From IMG/VR virus record IMGVR_UViG_3300017987_005501: a stretch of DNA of 64,000 bases; one strand, 5' to 3'. Position numbers and translations under genes: made by a program. The DNA is from a virus. Taxonomy: Duplodnaviria; Caudoviricetes. The notes beneath the pieces were generated by a model. It saw only the letters and a program-made list of their open reading frames with translations. It did no database searches and was not told where the DNA came from. Shown here in pieces: positions 27,091 to 36,945 of the stretch. How positions within the stretch are numbered: the first letter of the stretch is position 1; every line of letters begins with the position of its first letter.

Positions 27091-27605
27091 CCGACGAAGA
27101 TAAATTAAAAATAAAAAGTTCCCTTCTCTCCGAGGAAGAAATGCGAAGCCCTTTATTTAAGGGTTATATTAAAGAAATGCTCAAGGTTATGCAGGAGTTA
27201 TTCGCAACAGGAATTACTGCAAATCAAATTGGGTGGGCAAAAAAAGTTATTATAATCGGAGCAAAAGATCTCTCACGATATGACATCTTTATAAATGCCT
27301 CCTATAAACCAATTAAGAAACACGGGACTTATAATAGTATAGAAGGTTCTATTAGTTTCCCGAAGAAACAATTCTCTCTTACAAGATGGAATACAATTAA
27401 AGTAACTTATAGTGGAATCATTAATAATAGATGGCAAACTTTTTGTAAAAAATTTAGGCTTGAGAGCAATTTACAGCAGCTGATTGATTTAACAGATGGA
27501 ATCTCCTTAAAAAATAAAGGGTCCTATTTTGGAGAATACCTACCAGATATAGACATTCCAAGTAAAACGTATCTGAAATATTATGGGGAGGATTTAAATG
27601 GATGA
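27081..27605 (+). CDS. Peptide deformylase-fold protein lacking metal ligands
   Basis: GITANQIG (motif 1), FINA, EGSISFP (Cys replaced by Ser), QQLIDLTDGI (HExxH lost). Confidence 0.7.
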   Translation: MQLADEDKLKIKSSLLSEEEMRSPLFKGYIKEMLKVMQELFATGITANQIGWAKKVIIIGAKDLSRYDIFINASYKPIKKHGTYNSIEGSISFPKKQFSLTRWNTIKVTYSGIINNRWQTFCKKFRLESNLQQLIDLTDGISLKNKGSYFGEYLPDIDIPSKTYLKYYGEDLNG

Positions 27606-28176
27606 ATATGAATTTATTTTATGTGATTGTAAACACCCAGAGCACATCATACAACTATCATATGACGATGAGGTTAACTTTATTTATTTAGCAGTTAAGC
27701 TTAACCCCCACAAAGGTTTTTTTAGGCGGTTAATTCATGCAATTAAATATATTTTTGGGTATAACTCCAGGTATGGGGCCTTTGATGAATTTGTAATTAA
27801 TAAAGAGTCTTCAGAGCAAATTAAACAGGTTTTAAATAAAATTAAAACAGATGAATATCTTGCAAAGTCGGCTCTTGAAATAGTTTCTTATTTATATCCA
27901 ACAGCAGTAGAAGAAATTAAACTTAAATATGCGGCAGCCATTCTTAAACAATTTAAACCATATGAGGTTTCGAGGTTTTTAATAAGGATGAAACAAATTA
28001 ATAGAAGCGACCCAGACTTAACAATTAAAAAAGCGAAAAAGGCTTTAAAATTTTCAAACTTGACCCACCCAAACGATCCAGAGTTACAGTTACTACAATC
28101 GTTAGACCTAATGGATCTTCCTGAATCCAAAATTGAAGAACAAATTAATAAATTAAATCAAAAAACAGAGGAATAA
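27598..28176 (+). CDS. Hypothetical phage protein
   Basis: 192 aa ORF, RBS GAGG. Confidence 0.6.
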   Translation: MDEYEFILCDCKHPEHIIQLSYDDEVNFIYLAVKLNPHKGFFRRLIHAIKYIFGYNSRYGAFDEFVINKESSEQIKQVLNKIKTDEYLAKSALEIVSYLYPTAVEEIKLKYAAAILKQFKPYEVSRFLIRMKQINRSDPDLTIKKAKKALKFSNLTHPNDPELQLLQSLDLMDLPESKIEEQINKLNQKTEE

Positions 28177-28177
28177 A

Positions 28178-28702
28178 ATGGACTTACAAGAGCTGTTTAA
28201 CCTTCAAACGAAATTAAATAATGAAACTTTCTTGAAAAATGACTGTTACCTCTATCAAGTTAACTCCCCCCGACTTGAAATTTTAACAGGAACTTTCGAG
28301 CAACTAGTAACTCATATTAAGACCAAACCTACTAGTATCGTCCGGGTACGGATTCCCCAATTCAACTCCGGGGCTTGGCTAGATATTGATGGCCCGGAAA
28401 GTTGGGGTATCGTGCAAGATTGGTGGCTAAATTCGTATAATTTAGCACAGAGACAAGAAACTTCAGAATTTACAGATACTACGAATTGGAAATGGTGGAG
28501 GTCAAAGGTTAATAAAAAAGATGCAAATCACGCAAGAGTTGAAGCCATAGATGAGCTGCATTTTTGGATGAGTAAATGTATTCTTTTAGGGTTAAATGCT
28601 GAGGACATCGACCGAATCTATAAAAAAAAGAACGAAGTTAATTTGAATAGGCAAGAGGAAGGTTACTTAACTAAAAAGGATGATGAGAAGGAGATTAAAT
28701 AA
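28178..28702 (+). CDS. Dimeric (all-alpha, MazG-like) dUTPase
   Basis: LQTKLN, ETSEF, WKWW, EAIDELHF and YKKKNEVNLNRQEEGY motifs. Confidence 0.85.
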   Translation: MDLQELFNLQTKLNNETFLKNDCYLYQVNSPRLEILTGTFEQLVTHIKTKPTSIVRVRIPQFNSGAWLDIDGPESWGIVQDWWLNSYNLAQRQETSEFTDTTNWKWWRSKVNKKDANHARVEAIDELHFWMSKCILLGLNAEDIDRIYKKKNEVNLNRQEEGYLTKKDDEKEIK

Positions 28703-29752
28703 ATGTACGACACATTAAAAGACCCAGAAGTTACATTAGAAACTTTGGAAGAAACAGATAAAAATACGGCAGAAGATAGTGTTACTCTATCTGGTTTTAC
28801 CTATGAGTTTGACCAGGGGGAGGACGAACCACATCTAACTGATGGTTTTAATAAATATTATTTCGATATTGAAAATACGTTCGCCCTTGAACAGCTTTGT
28901 ACCTGGTTAAAAATTAAGCAATTCAAGTTTTTCAATAAACGTTCTAAGGAACTTCAGCAAGATATTGTTAAAGAGTGTATTGGAGACATTTCAAAAGGGA
29001 GAAATAACACTCTTTTGAAACTTCGGAATGGTGGAACAAAGTCCTATATTAGGGCAGTCCTGCATTCTAAGCATACCCCTGTTAAAAATTCAGAGGTTTT
29101 AGCTGCTTGCCAAGAAAATGTTGCGAAAAAGGATCTACATGCCTTTAGATGCAGAGGCTATGGCCTAGATGAACCTTCTGTGAATTTTATCTATACCCTA
29201 AAAGATTTCATTGAAGTTAATAATAAAAAATTCTATCTTGGTTTTGACATAATTTCCTCAGAGTTAGGGGATTACAAGTTCGAATTAAATGCAAATCTTT
29301 ACGACGAAACAGAAGATGTTTATTATAAAATTACTTTTAATAAGGATTCCTACCTAACTTGGAAATATAAAAAGGATGAACCCGACTTCCCCGGAATTAT
29401 TGGGGACCTGGTAGCCACTTTACAAAGCAGGAAAAACGAGATTAAGAAGGGGCTAGAGGAGATGTTTGAGGAATTCTACCAAAACAATGAGGAATTACAT
29501 AAGTATTTTGACTACCTCGAGTTAAATAAGGTAGGCCCTGAGAAGGTTATTAAGGAATTAAAGAGAATTGTATTTGACGACCCTCAATATTACAAAACCA
29601 AGTACGATTTGGCAAACTTTATAAGCCACTTAGCCACCGAGGTGGAGCCAAGCGATAAGGATAATAAGTTTTGGCGCGGAAAAACTCTCGCAAAAGTCAA
29701 TAAAATTGAAACTTTTGCAGGAACTATTATGTGCCTAGACCTTAACCTTTAG
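28703..29752 (+). CDS. Hypothetical protein, weak DUF932-like pattern
   Basis: LEQLC...IRAVLHSKHTPVKNSEVL resembles RAvlSdrY..dN..vl. Confidence 0.35.
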   Translation: MYDTLKDPEVTLETLEETDKNTAEDSVTLSGFTYEFDQGEDEPHLTDGFNKYYFDIENTFALEQLCTWLKIKQFKFFNKRSKELQQDIVKECIGDISKGRNNTLLKLRNGGTKSYIRAVLHSKHTPVKNSEVLAACQENVAKKDLHAFRCRGYGLDEPSVNFIYTLKDFIEVNNKKFYLGFDIISSELGDYKFELNANLYDETEDVYYKITFNKDSYLTWKYKKDEPDFPGIIGDLVATLQSRKNEIKKGLEEMFEEFYQNNEELHKYFDYLELNKVGPEKVIKELKRIVFDDPQYYKTKYDLANFISHLATEVEPSDKDNKFWRGKTLAKVNKIETFAGTIMCLDLNL

Positions 29753-29761
29753 GGGGAAATT

Positions 29762-30010
29762 ATGGGAGAAATTCCACTTTTTGGCAAACAAAATGTTAGA
29801 ATAATTAAATTGGGAGACTTTGAAGTTGCCCTTCCAGAAAACGACTCGGCGTCTTTCCTGGTATTATTGATATCCTTAATCGAGCTCAATGACCCAAAAG
29901 TCAATAATGTTTTACTTAAGTGTGGTGTTTCCTTTAGCGACATTAAGGGAAAACAATATTTCCCAAGGGACGATACCAAATTACCGGAGGAGATAAATGG
30001 CAGCAATTAA
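29762..30010 (+). CDS. Hypothetical protein
   Basis: 82 aa ORF, RBS GGGGG. Confidence 0.5.
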   Translation: MGEIPLFGKQNVRIIKLGDFEVALPENDSASFLVLLISLIELNDPKVNNVLLKCGVSFSDIKGKQYFPRDDTKLPEEINGSN

Positions 30011-30857
30011 TGCATTTTATGTCGTTCCTGGAAATGGGGAAGCCAGAAAGGAATTCAAAGTTTTTAGGAAACTGAAAACTTTGGCAAAAAAAATCTCCAT
30101 ACAAACATCCCCTAAACAATATAAAAATTTTGGCTTCAGTCTTTTAAAAGATGATGGGTCAACTATATCACACCCCGATACGCTAGAAGACAATACAAAA
30201 CCTTTATCAAAGATCTGGGATGAGGACCTTAAAGATTTGGAGTTTGACGAAACTTTAAGAATCTTTTTATCTAAAACCTCTGAAAATTTACATAACGAAC
30301 CCTTTGTTTATAAAAGTATATACTCTATTGTTTTAGGAGACACAGCATACTTTGAACCTAAAGAAAATCCGAGTAAGGTTATTTCAGAAGAAGGTTTTTT
30401 AACTGGAATTTCAAAACTACGAGAGGAATCCCCGAGCGCGTCAGCTGACTTTAATATTATTTCGTTTGATGCTGACAAGCCAAATAGAATTGAGGTTTAC
30501 CGGGGACTACGGCCCTTAAACGTCATTTATAGTTTAGCCTGGGGATGTTTTATTTTCTCAAGTAACCATTCTAATAAACCTATTCTTGCAAAAGAGGATT
30601 TATTATCTCGCCAGCCTTTTCTCCCGCTTGACCTAGACCCATATAGTGCATATTTAATTACAGAAGATAAAATTCATCACGCTGACCAAAACTTGGAGTA
30701 TGGGGAGGATCTTTGTTGTGGAGAATTAAAAAGTGCTGTTAAAGCGAAAAAGTTACTTTTAGATTTTGACAATAAAAAGGTTTACCATCCAAATGACCTT
30801 TTGTACTACTCTTATTGCCCTTTTTGTGGTTTAGATATTAGGGACTTAATAGAATAG
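29997..30857 (+). CDS. Degenerate class II amidotransferase (Ntn)-fold protein lacking Cys1
   Basis: Aligns by eye to the GAT domain of Gat-QueC (KPNRIEVYRGLRPLNVIY...FIFSS vs SPDKLFLYRDFNPLTVLY...YIFAS). Starts MAAINAF. Confidence 0.5.
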   Translation: MAAINAFYVVPGNGEARKEFKVFRKLKTLAKKISIQTSPKQYKNFGFSLLKDDGSTISHPDTLEDNTKPLSKIWDEDLKDLEFDETLRIFLSKTSENLHNEPFVYKSIYSIVLGDTAYFEPKENPSKVISEEGFLTGISKLREESPSASADFNIISFDADKPNRIEVYRGLRPLNVIYSLAWGCFIFSSNHSNKPILAKEDLLSRQPFLPLDLDPYSAYLITEDKIHHADQNLEYGEDLCCGELKSAVKAKKLLLDFDNKKVYHPNDLLYYSYCPFCGLDIRDLIE

Positions 30858-30864
30858 AGGAAAA

Positions 30865-31377
30865 ATGAAACCTTTTGTATCCGACTGGAAACAATTTAAA
30901 ACAGACTGTAAAATTCTAGCCGACGAAATATTAAAAAACCCTATTAAAGATTTGCCAAAACCTAAAAGCATTTTAAGTCTTAATACGGGAGGGGCAGAAG
31001 TTGCAAAAGAGCTTAAAAAACTAATTCCTTCCATAAAAAAAGAATACTACCTTGAGGCTAATCCCGAGAAAATAATTCTTCCTCTTAAGTCCCCTGATAA
31101 GATTAAAGGCCCCGCTATTTTAGTTGCAGCTATACAAGATACGGGGAAAACTATAAGAAAGGCGTTGGAATATTTAGAAATAACATTCGAAAAATATGAC
31201 TTGGATATAACAATTGCCGTGTTATATGATAAATTAAGAAAAGATTTCGTAACTTACGTTTTGCCAACTTACTGTGGGGTAGGGTTTGCTATGGGGGAGA
31301 CCGTGTGGGTTAACTTCCCTTGGGAAACCTTTGATATAACCAACGAGGAGCAGGATGAACAGCAAAAAGAAATTTAA
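30865..31377 (+). CDS. Type I phosphoribosyltransferase (Gpt/Hpt-like) with altered PRPP loop
   Basis: LNTGGAEVA, LVAAIQDTGKT, WVNFPWE. Confidence 0.7.
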   Translation: MKPFVSDWKQFKTDCKILADEILKNPIKDLPKPKSILSLNTGGAEVAKELKKLIPSIKKEYYLEANPEKIILPLKSPDKIKGPAILVAAIQDTGKTIRKALEYLEITFEKYDLDITIAVLYDKLRKDFVTYVLPTYCGVGFAMGETVWVNFPWETFDITNEEQDEQQKEI

Positions 31378-32314
31378 AATTTTCTGCGGGAATGCGAATA
31401 AAACATTAGCGAGAGAAATTTGCGATGATTTAGGAATTTCCTTAGGTAAGTGTTTGGTTGACCGGTTTTCGGATGGGGAAGTTAGAGTTGAACTTTTAGA
31501 AAATGTTCGTGGACATGATATTTTTGTTGTTCAACCAACTCAACCTAAAGCAGAAAACATTATTGAGCTTATTCTCCTCCTTGACGCCCTAAAAAGGGCC
31601 TCAGCAAATTACATAACAGCAGTAATTCCTTATTTTGGATATGCACGGCAGGATAGAAAAGACAAAGGGAGAATCCCAATTAGTGCAAAGGCAATAGCAA
31701 AAACAATTCAGACCTTAGGAGCTGACCGGGTTCTTACTATGGATTTACATGCCTCCCAAATTCAAGGGTTCTTTGATATTCCGGTTGACCATATTTATGG
31801 ATCTTCTATTCTTGTACCCTATTTTAGAAATTTGCTTCGGGAGGAAGATCCAAAAAATTGGGCAATCTGCGCCCCAGACGCAGGTAGCATTAAAATGGCG
31901 CGAGCATATGCAAAACATCTTGATGTTAGTTTAGTTGCAATTGATAAAAGAAGAGAAAAGGTTAACCAATCTGAGGTTATGCATATTTTGGGGGACCCAG
32001 TTCAGGGCAAAAAAGTTATTATCATGGATGACATGATCGACACAGCGGGAACCATTGTTAATGCTGCCTACGCAGTTCATAATAAAGGGGCGAAAACGAT
32101 TTATGCAGCCTGTACTCATGGAATTTTAAGTGGTCCTGCTGTATCTCGGATAACAAAAAGCCCTATCTCTAAAATTATAACCTTAAATACCGTTCCCCAT
32201 GACTTTTCAAGCCTAAACGGAAGGGCAACCCAATTAAGTTCTGCCCGACTTTTTTCGGAGGCTATTAGTGGAATTTACCATGAAGAATCGGTTAGTAGCC
32301 TATTCCTTGATTAG
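31355..32314 (+). CDS. prs: Ribose-phosphate pyrophosphokinase
   Basis: FSDGE, PYFGYARQDRK, DLHASQIQGFF, PDAG, KRR, DDMIDTAGT, THGILS. Confidence 0.97.
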   Translation: MNSKKKFKIFCGNANKTLAREICDDLGISLGKCLVDRFSDGEVRVELLENVRGHDIFVVQPTQPKAENIIELILLLDALKRASANYITAVIPYFGYARQDRKDKGRIPISAKAIAKTIQTLGADRVLTMDLHASQIQGFFDIPVDHIYGSSILVPYFRNLLREEDPKNWAICAPDAGSIKMARAYAKHLDVSLVAIDKRREKVNQSEVMHILGDPVQGKKVIIMDDMIDTAGTIVNAAYAVHNKGAKTIYAACTHGILSGPAVSRITKSPISKIITLNTVPHDFSSLNGRATQLSSARLFSEAISGIYHEESVSSLFLD

Positions 32315-32352
32315 TTTATTCGTATAAGGATTAAACGGAGAATTATTTAGCA

Positions 32353-33777
32353 GTGAAAAGATTAGATCTAAAATACAGACCAAAAAACTTTGAAGAAGTA
32401 ATCGGACAAGAATTTGTTTGTACTGTTTTGAAGAAAAATATTGCAAGCAATAATATTGCCGATGGTTATATTTTTTCTGGGTCTCATGGTTCTGGAAAAA
32501 CAACTTTGAGCCGTATTTTTGCTTCCGCCGTTCTATGTCCGGATAGAAAAGAAGATGGCAATCCTTGTGGAAATTGTGATAGTTGTTTATCAATTCTAGA
32601 ACAGAAAAATCTAAATTATCGGGAAGAAGACGGTGGGTCTAGGGGAAAGATTGACCAGATCCGGGAGATTCTAGAAGAATCGAAGTATAAAGCATTAGAT
32701 GGGGCCACTAAAAAGATAGTAGTGTTTGATGAGGCGCATGGGATTTCAAAAGCAGGGCAAAATGCTTTATTAAAAGAATTGGAAGAGGGTGGAAATACTA
32801 TATATATTTTCTGCACTACTGAACCTGAAAAGTTATTGCCAACTATCCAATCTAGATGCCAAACGAATACAATTAGAAAAGCATCTAAAGAAGATATTAT
32901 TAAAAGACTTACTTATGTTTGTGGGCAAGAAGAAATTAAGTTTGACCCGGAAGCACTTGAAATAATTATATCAGCAAGTAAATATCATATACGGGATTGT
33001 CTAAAAGAGCTCGATAAACTTTCTTGTTTGGGTGACGTAACCCTTGACTTAGTACATGATTACCTTGATTTTGATCTCCAGCAAACTTTCTTTGAGATTT
33101 TATATGACTTAGAAGAGAATCTCGGGAAAGCAATTGAAAAAGCAGAAAACTTATTAACAAGACTAAATGCTGCTGAGGTCTATGATGGATTAGCAAACGC
33201 TAGCTTGGATGCTTTTAGAAATAATTTAGGGCAAGATCTAATTCTTCTTGTTCCTAATAAAACGATAGTGACAGATGTTTGGAACAAGTATGGAGAAAAT
33301 GTTTTAAAAATATCTGAATTTTTATTAAAAAGAAGACTAGTTACGATTGATAATATATTATTATTTAATGATCTATTTGTTTTATCTGAAAAAGCTAAAT
33401 CAAAATTTGCAGAAAAGGTTAAAGTTATTCAGGAGACTGTAGAAACTAGGGTGGGGGATAATACGGTTGTCGACCCTACAAAAGTTCAAGCGAGTGTTGC
33501 AAATGATCCAAGCATTTCTTTATTTGATAACGAAAATAAAGGGATGCTTTCAGAATTAAAATATATGGATAGCTCGAAGTCCGAACTTCAAAGAAAAGGA
33601 ACGGCTAAAAAATATTATCATCCAGATTTACGTAAACAATCTGTTGCGGAGCCAGTTAAGAAAAAGGTTAAGGTCTTGCGGAGTAAGTTTGAAATTTTAA
33701 CTCCAAAAGAATTTACTCAAGAGATCCTAGGGGGAATCAGCTTTGAAAAAGGAACAGAAAAAGAATCGCAAGACTAA
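32353..33777 (+). CDS. dnaX: DNA polymerase III gamma/tau clamp-loader ATPase
   Basis: KYRPKNFEEVIGQE, GSHGSGKTT, PCGNCDSC, FDEAH, NALLKELEE, TIQSRC. Confidence 0.92.
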   Translation: MKRLDLKYRPKNFEEVIGQEFVCTVLKKNIASNNIADGYIFSGSHGSGKTTLSRIFASAVLCPDRKEDGNPCGNCDSCLSILEQKNLNYREEDGGSRGKIDQIREILEESKYKALDGATKKIVVFDEAHGISKAGQNALLKELEEGGNTIYIFCTTEPEKLLPTIQSRCQTNTIRKASKEDIIKRLTYVCGQEEIKFDPEALEIIISASKYHIRDCLKELDKLSCLGDVTLDLVHDYLDFDLQQTFFEILYDLEENLGKAIEKAENLLTRLNAAEVYDGLANASLDAFRNNLGQDLILLVPNKTIVTDVWNKYGENVLKISEFLLKRRLVTIDNILLFNDLFVLSEKAKSKFAEKVKVIQETVETRVGDNTVVDPTKVQASVANDPSISLFDNENKGMLSELKYMDSSKSELQRKGTAKKYYHPDLRKQSVAEPVKKKVKVLRSKFEILTPKEFTQEILGGISFEKGTEKESQD

Positions 33778-34300
33778 AAAGCCTCCTCAGCAATGGGCAG
33801 TTCTCGCACTAAATACTTTAGGGGAGAAAGAGGAGGACCTTGATTTAATAATCGAGGACATAAAAAGGCTAAACGAAAAAGTAGAGGTTTTTATTCCCAT
33901 TCATTGGTGTAAAGATCAACAATTTCAAAAGAAAATAAAACTCGTTGAAGGTTACATTTTTGTTACTGGTGCAAGTCTTCCCGGAGAGTATTACATATTA
34001 GAATCTTCAAAATATGTATTATCAGTTGTTTCTCATGAAGCAACGAAAGGCAGGTGTCCCGATTTAATTCCGGATGGGGAAGTTCAGACCTTAAAAAAGA
34101 AATTACAAAAACTATTAAAGAGAGAATTTAAAAAGGAAGATACAGTAAATATTTTGGACGGGGACTATAAGAACCTTACGGGAATGATCCTATCAAACCT
34201 TAATGAAAAAGAAGTCTCAATTCAAATCTTAGGAATTAAAAGTGCCGATGTAATAGTTCGAATTCAAAAAATATTCTTAGAAAAGATGGAAGAGGAATAA
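33743..34300 (+). CDS. NusG-family transcription elongation/antitermination factor
   Basis: NGN-like WAVL...VFIP...GYIFV and KOW FKKEDTVNILDGDYKNLTG. Confidence 0.75.
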   Translation: MKKEQKKNRKTKKPPQQWAVLALNTLGEKEEDLDLIIEDIKRLNEKVEVFIPIHWCKDQQFQKKIKLVEGYIFVTGASLPGEYYILESSKYVLSVVSHEATKGRCPDLIPDGEVQTLKKKLQKLLKREFKKEDTVNILDGDYKNLTGMILSNLNEKEVSIQILGIKSADVIVRIQKIFLEKMEEE

Positions 34301-34469
34301 ACCACGCTTTTATAGGTTCTCTTTTGTTTTAATTTAGATAAAGACGAGACACCCCCTACCTAAAAAGTATCAAAAAAGTAATAAATTATTAATTCCTTGA
34401 TACTTTTTGAGGGGAAAGTCTTGTAATTTCTATATAAAGGAATTATTAAAATTACCCAAACATAAAAAT

Positions 34470-35387
34470 ATGGCTAAAACAAACTTTCTTATAGACGGTT
34501 CAAATCTTGCTTATCGCCAATATTATGGAATTCAAAAATCTCTTTCAACTTCTGTTGGAGACCCCTCAGATATTATATTTGGGTTTTTTAGAAGTCTCTT
34601 AAAGCTAAAGAGGGAATTCAAACAAGCAGATTTTTGGGTTGCATGGGATGGCGTCAATAATGAAAGGCGCCGTTTATTTAGTGGCTATAAGGCACAAAGA
34701 AAAACAACGGACGATAAGAAAATTATCCACGAACAGATTGAAATTCTAAAGAAACTTATACCTTTTTGCGGTATTGGCAGTGTTTATTTAGAAGACCAGG
34801 AAGCAGATGATATAATAGCAGCTTTAGCCGTCAAGTATTTTAAGGGCGGCTTAAATTATATCTATGCCAATGATAAAGATTACCTCCAACTCGTAAAAGA
34901 CGGGTCTATTATTGTTCTAATGCCTCGGAAAGGAGAAAATAGGGCATATGACGAAGACGCCGTATTAGAAGAATTTAATGTTCCAGTTGAACAGGTTTTA
35001 CACTTTAGAGCTCTTGATGGAGATTCCTCCGACAATATTCCAAGAGTCCCTTATCTAAAAAAAGCGACAATTGTTGATATTATTAAAAGATACGATACGA
35101 TTGATATTTTATATAATAGCACTTTTTCAGGCATTAAAATTTCAGATTATAATAAGCTTAAAGGATTTGAAAAGCAAGCCAAGACAAATCTTCAATTAAT
35201 GAGGTTAAACACCTCCTTAGAGCTTGAAGATCAAATCGAGAAGCCACCATTCAACTTAAAAGAATTAGAAGCAGCATTCGAAAAATACGAATTAAAAACT
35301 CTCCTCATTAAGATAGACGAGTTTGCTCGCGAATTTGGTGGTATGGATGGATTCATGAAAACAGGGATCCAACAAATCTCCTTATAA
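34470..35387 (+). CDS. 5'-3' exonuclease / flap endonuclease (PolA N-terminal-like)
   Basis: LIDGSNLAYR, WDG, YKAQR, EADDIIA, DKDYLQL, GDSSDNIP. Confidence 0.92.
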   Translation: MAKTNFLIDGSNLAYRQYYGIQKSLSTSVGDPSDIIFGFFRSLLKLKREFKQADFWVAWDGVNNERRRLFSGYKAQRKTTDDKKIIHEQIEILKKLIPFCGIGSVYLEDQEADDIIAALAVKYFKGGLNYIYANDKDYLQLVKDGSIIVLMPRKGENRAYDEDAVLEEFNVPVEQVLHFRALDGDSSDNIPRVPYLKKATIVDIIKRYDTIDILYNSTFSGIKISDYNKLKGFEKQAKTNLQLMRLNTSLELEDQIEKPPFNLKELEAAFEKYELKTLLIKIDEFAREFGGMDGFMKTGIQQISL

Positions 35388-35408
35388 TAAAATAAGAGAA
35401 AGAATCTA

Positions 35409-36164
35409 ATGGGGAATAACTTTCGTTTTATTCAAAATATTGATCCGCAAGAATTTGCTTCCCGTTTTTCCGAAAAAATCGACTTAGACCAGTACGAAAA
35501 AAGAGACTTAGGCTTTTCATTTGACGACTTAAAACCCTATCTCGAAAAACTGCCATTACGGGAACAAGATTTAATTATTATGTATTTCCACTTAAATAAG
35601 GACCAAGCGGAAATTGCGACTATTTTTAGTATTTCTCAAGGTGCCGTAAGCCATAGATTAAGAAAAGCATTAAAAAGATTAAAATTTCTGGTTGCCCTTC
35701 CAGATATATCAAAAGATGAAATGATTAGCGATTTAACCGAGTTTTTCTATAAAGGCGGGCCCGAAACTTTTTGTTGTGACTGTAAGACTACCTACGAAGG
35801 GCTTCATGAAAAGTGTCCTGGGTTTAAGAAAAACGAAAAGAAAAAAGAAATTCTAAATAGCAAGGGGAAGAAAATCCCTTGCAAGTCTAAGAGCCTAATA
35901 CATAATATTGATGTTCAAATTATGACTCTTATGTGGGAAACGACATGCCAAAGCGAAGTTAGGGACCGCCTTGGGTTAACACAAATTAAGGTTCGTCATA
36001 AATTTCTAAAAAATATTGAAAAACTTGAAAAATCCTCAAAACAAGACGAAAACCTCAAAAAATATGTCAAGGGGTTTAAGCTAATAAGCGAAAACTATAA
36101 CGTATTAAGAGAAGTTAAACTTCCAAAATGGGATAATCGGCAGACTAGTTTCCTCCGAGTCTAA
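35409..36164 (+). CDS. Sigma70 region-4-like HTH regulator with two HTH units and a Cys-rich insert
   Basis: LPLREQDLIIMYF...QAEIATIFSISQGAVSHRL and a second TCQSEVRDRLGLTQIKVRHKF. No region 2. Confidence 0.65.
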   Translation: MGNNFRFIQNIDPQEFASRFSEKIDLDQYEKRDLGFSFDDLKPYLEKLPLREQDLIIMYFHLNKDQAEIATIFSISQGAVSHRLRKALKRLKFLVALPDISKDEMISDLTEFFYKGGPETFCCDCKTTYEGLHEKCPGFKKNEKKKEILNSKGKKIPCKSKSLIHNIDVQIMTLMWETTCQSEVRDRLGLTQIKVRHKFLKNIEKLEKSSKQDENLKKYVKGFKLISENYNVLREVKLPKWDNRQTSFLRV

Positions 36165-36240
36165 TTGAAAATACTTTTAAAGTAATAATTCATTTGTCAT
36201 TAGTTACTTTTAGACTATAGTCTCTTTCTGGATTTATGTT

Positions 36241-36945
36241 ATGTTAAAGCAAGCAATAGATAGTATAGTATTAAACCATTTAAAATTCGTGCTTGGGTAC
36301 CGCCAGGTTAGAAGCGATAAGAAGATTGAAGTTTTCAGGGCGATTTCCTACGATAAACTTTATTCAGTCCTTAAAAATAAAAGGATTGTAGAAAGAAACG
36401 TCGCGAAAGGAATTCAAGAAGTTATAGATAACATTAAAAGTAAAATTGATGATTATCTTCCAGATTTTAAGTATAGCCTTGAAAAAGACCCCTGGTCACA
36501 TTCCATTCTTTTTACTTTTACGTTAACTCCAAAATTACTTTTGGAATATGATCATGGGGAGTTAATTAAGTATTTCACAATTATCAACCTCGAGCTTGAC
36601 GAAATTAGGGAGAAAATTTATCGCTTATTTAAGCAATTAAATCGTATTTCCCGAAATAAAGAAAAAGTAATTAAGATTCTTAAGGATTATGGCTTTAAAA
36701 AGGTTTTTGATGAGTTTGATTCAATCTTCTCAAAGCGTCTAACCCTGAAAGGGTTCCTTTCCGAATCTGATATCTTAGAAGATTTTATTAAGAATTACGA
36801 AAATTTGGCGTTAAAAACTGAAAGAACTAGGGACTACCTAACCGTAGATATTAAAGTAACTGGGTATGAGCTGCCAGATGAGCTAGAACATTTCTTGCGG
36901 ATCATTGACCAGTATTTTGAAGAATACAGAGGCGGAGTAAAATAA
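36241..36945 (+). CDS. Hypothetical protein, probably late
   Basis: ORF preceded by a motif variant at 36183. Confidence 0.55.
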   Translation: MLKQAIDSIVLNHLKFVLGYRQVRSDKKIEVFRAISYDKLYSVLKNKRIVERNVAKGIQEVIDNIKSKIDDYLPDFKYSLEKDPWSHSILFTFTLTPKLLLEYDHGELIKYFTIINLELDEIREKIYRLFKQLNRISRNKEKVIKILKDYGFKKVFDEFDSIFSKRLTLKGFLSESDILEDFIKNYENLALKTERTRDYLTVDIKVTGYELPDELEHFLRIIDQYFEEYRGGVK

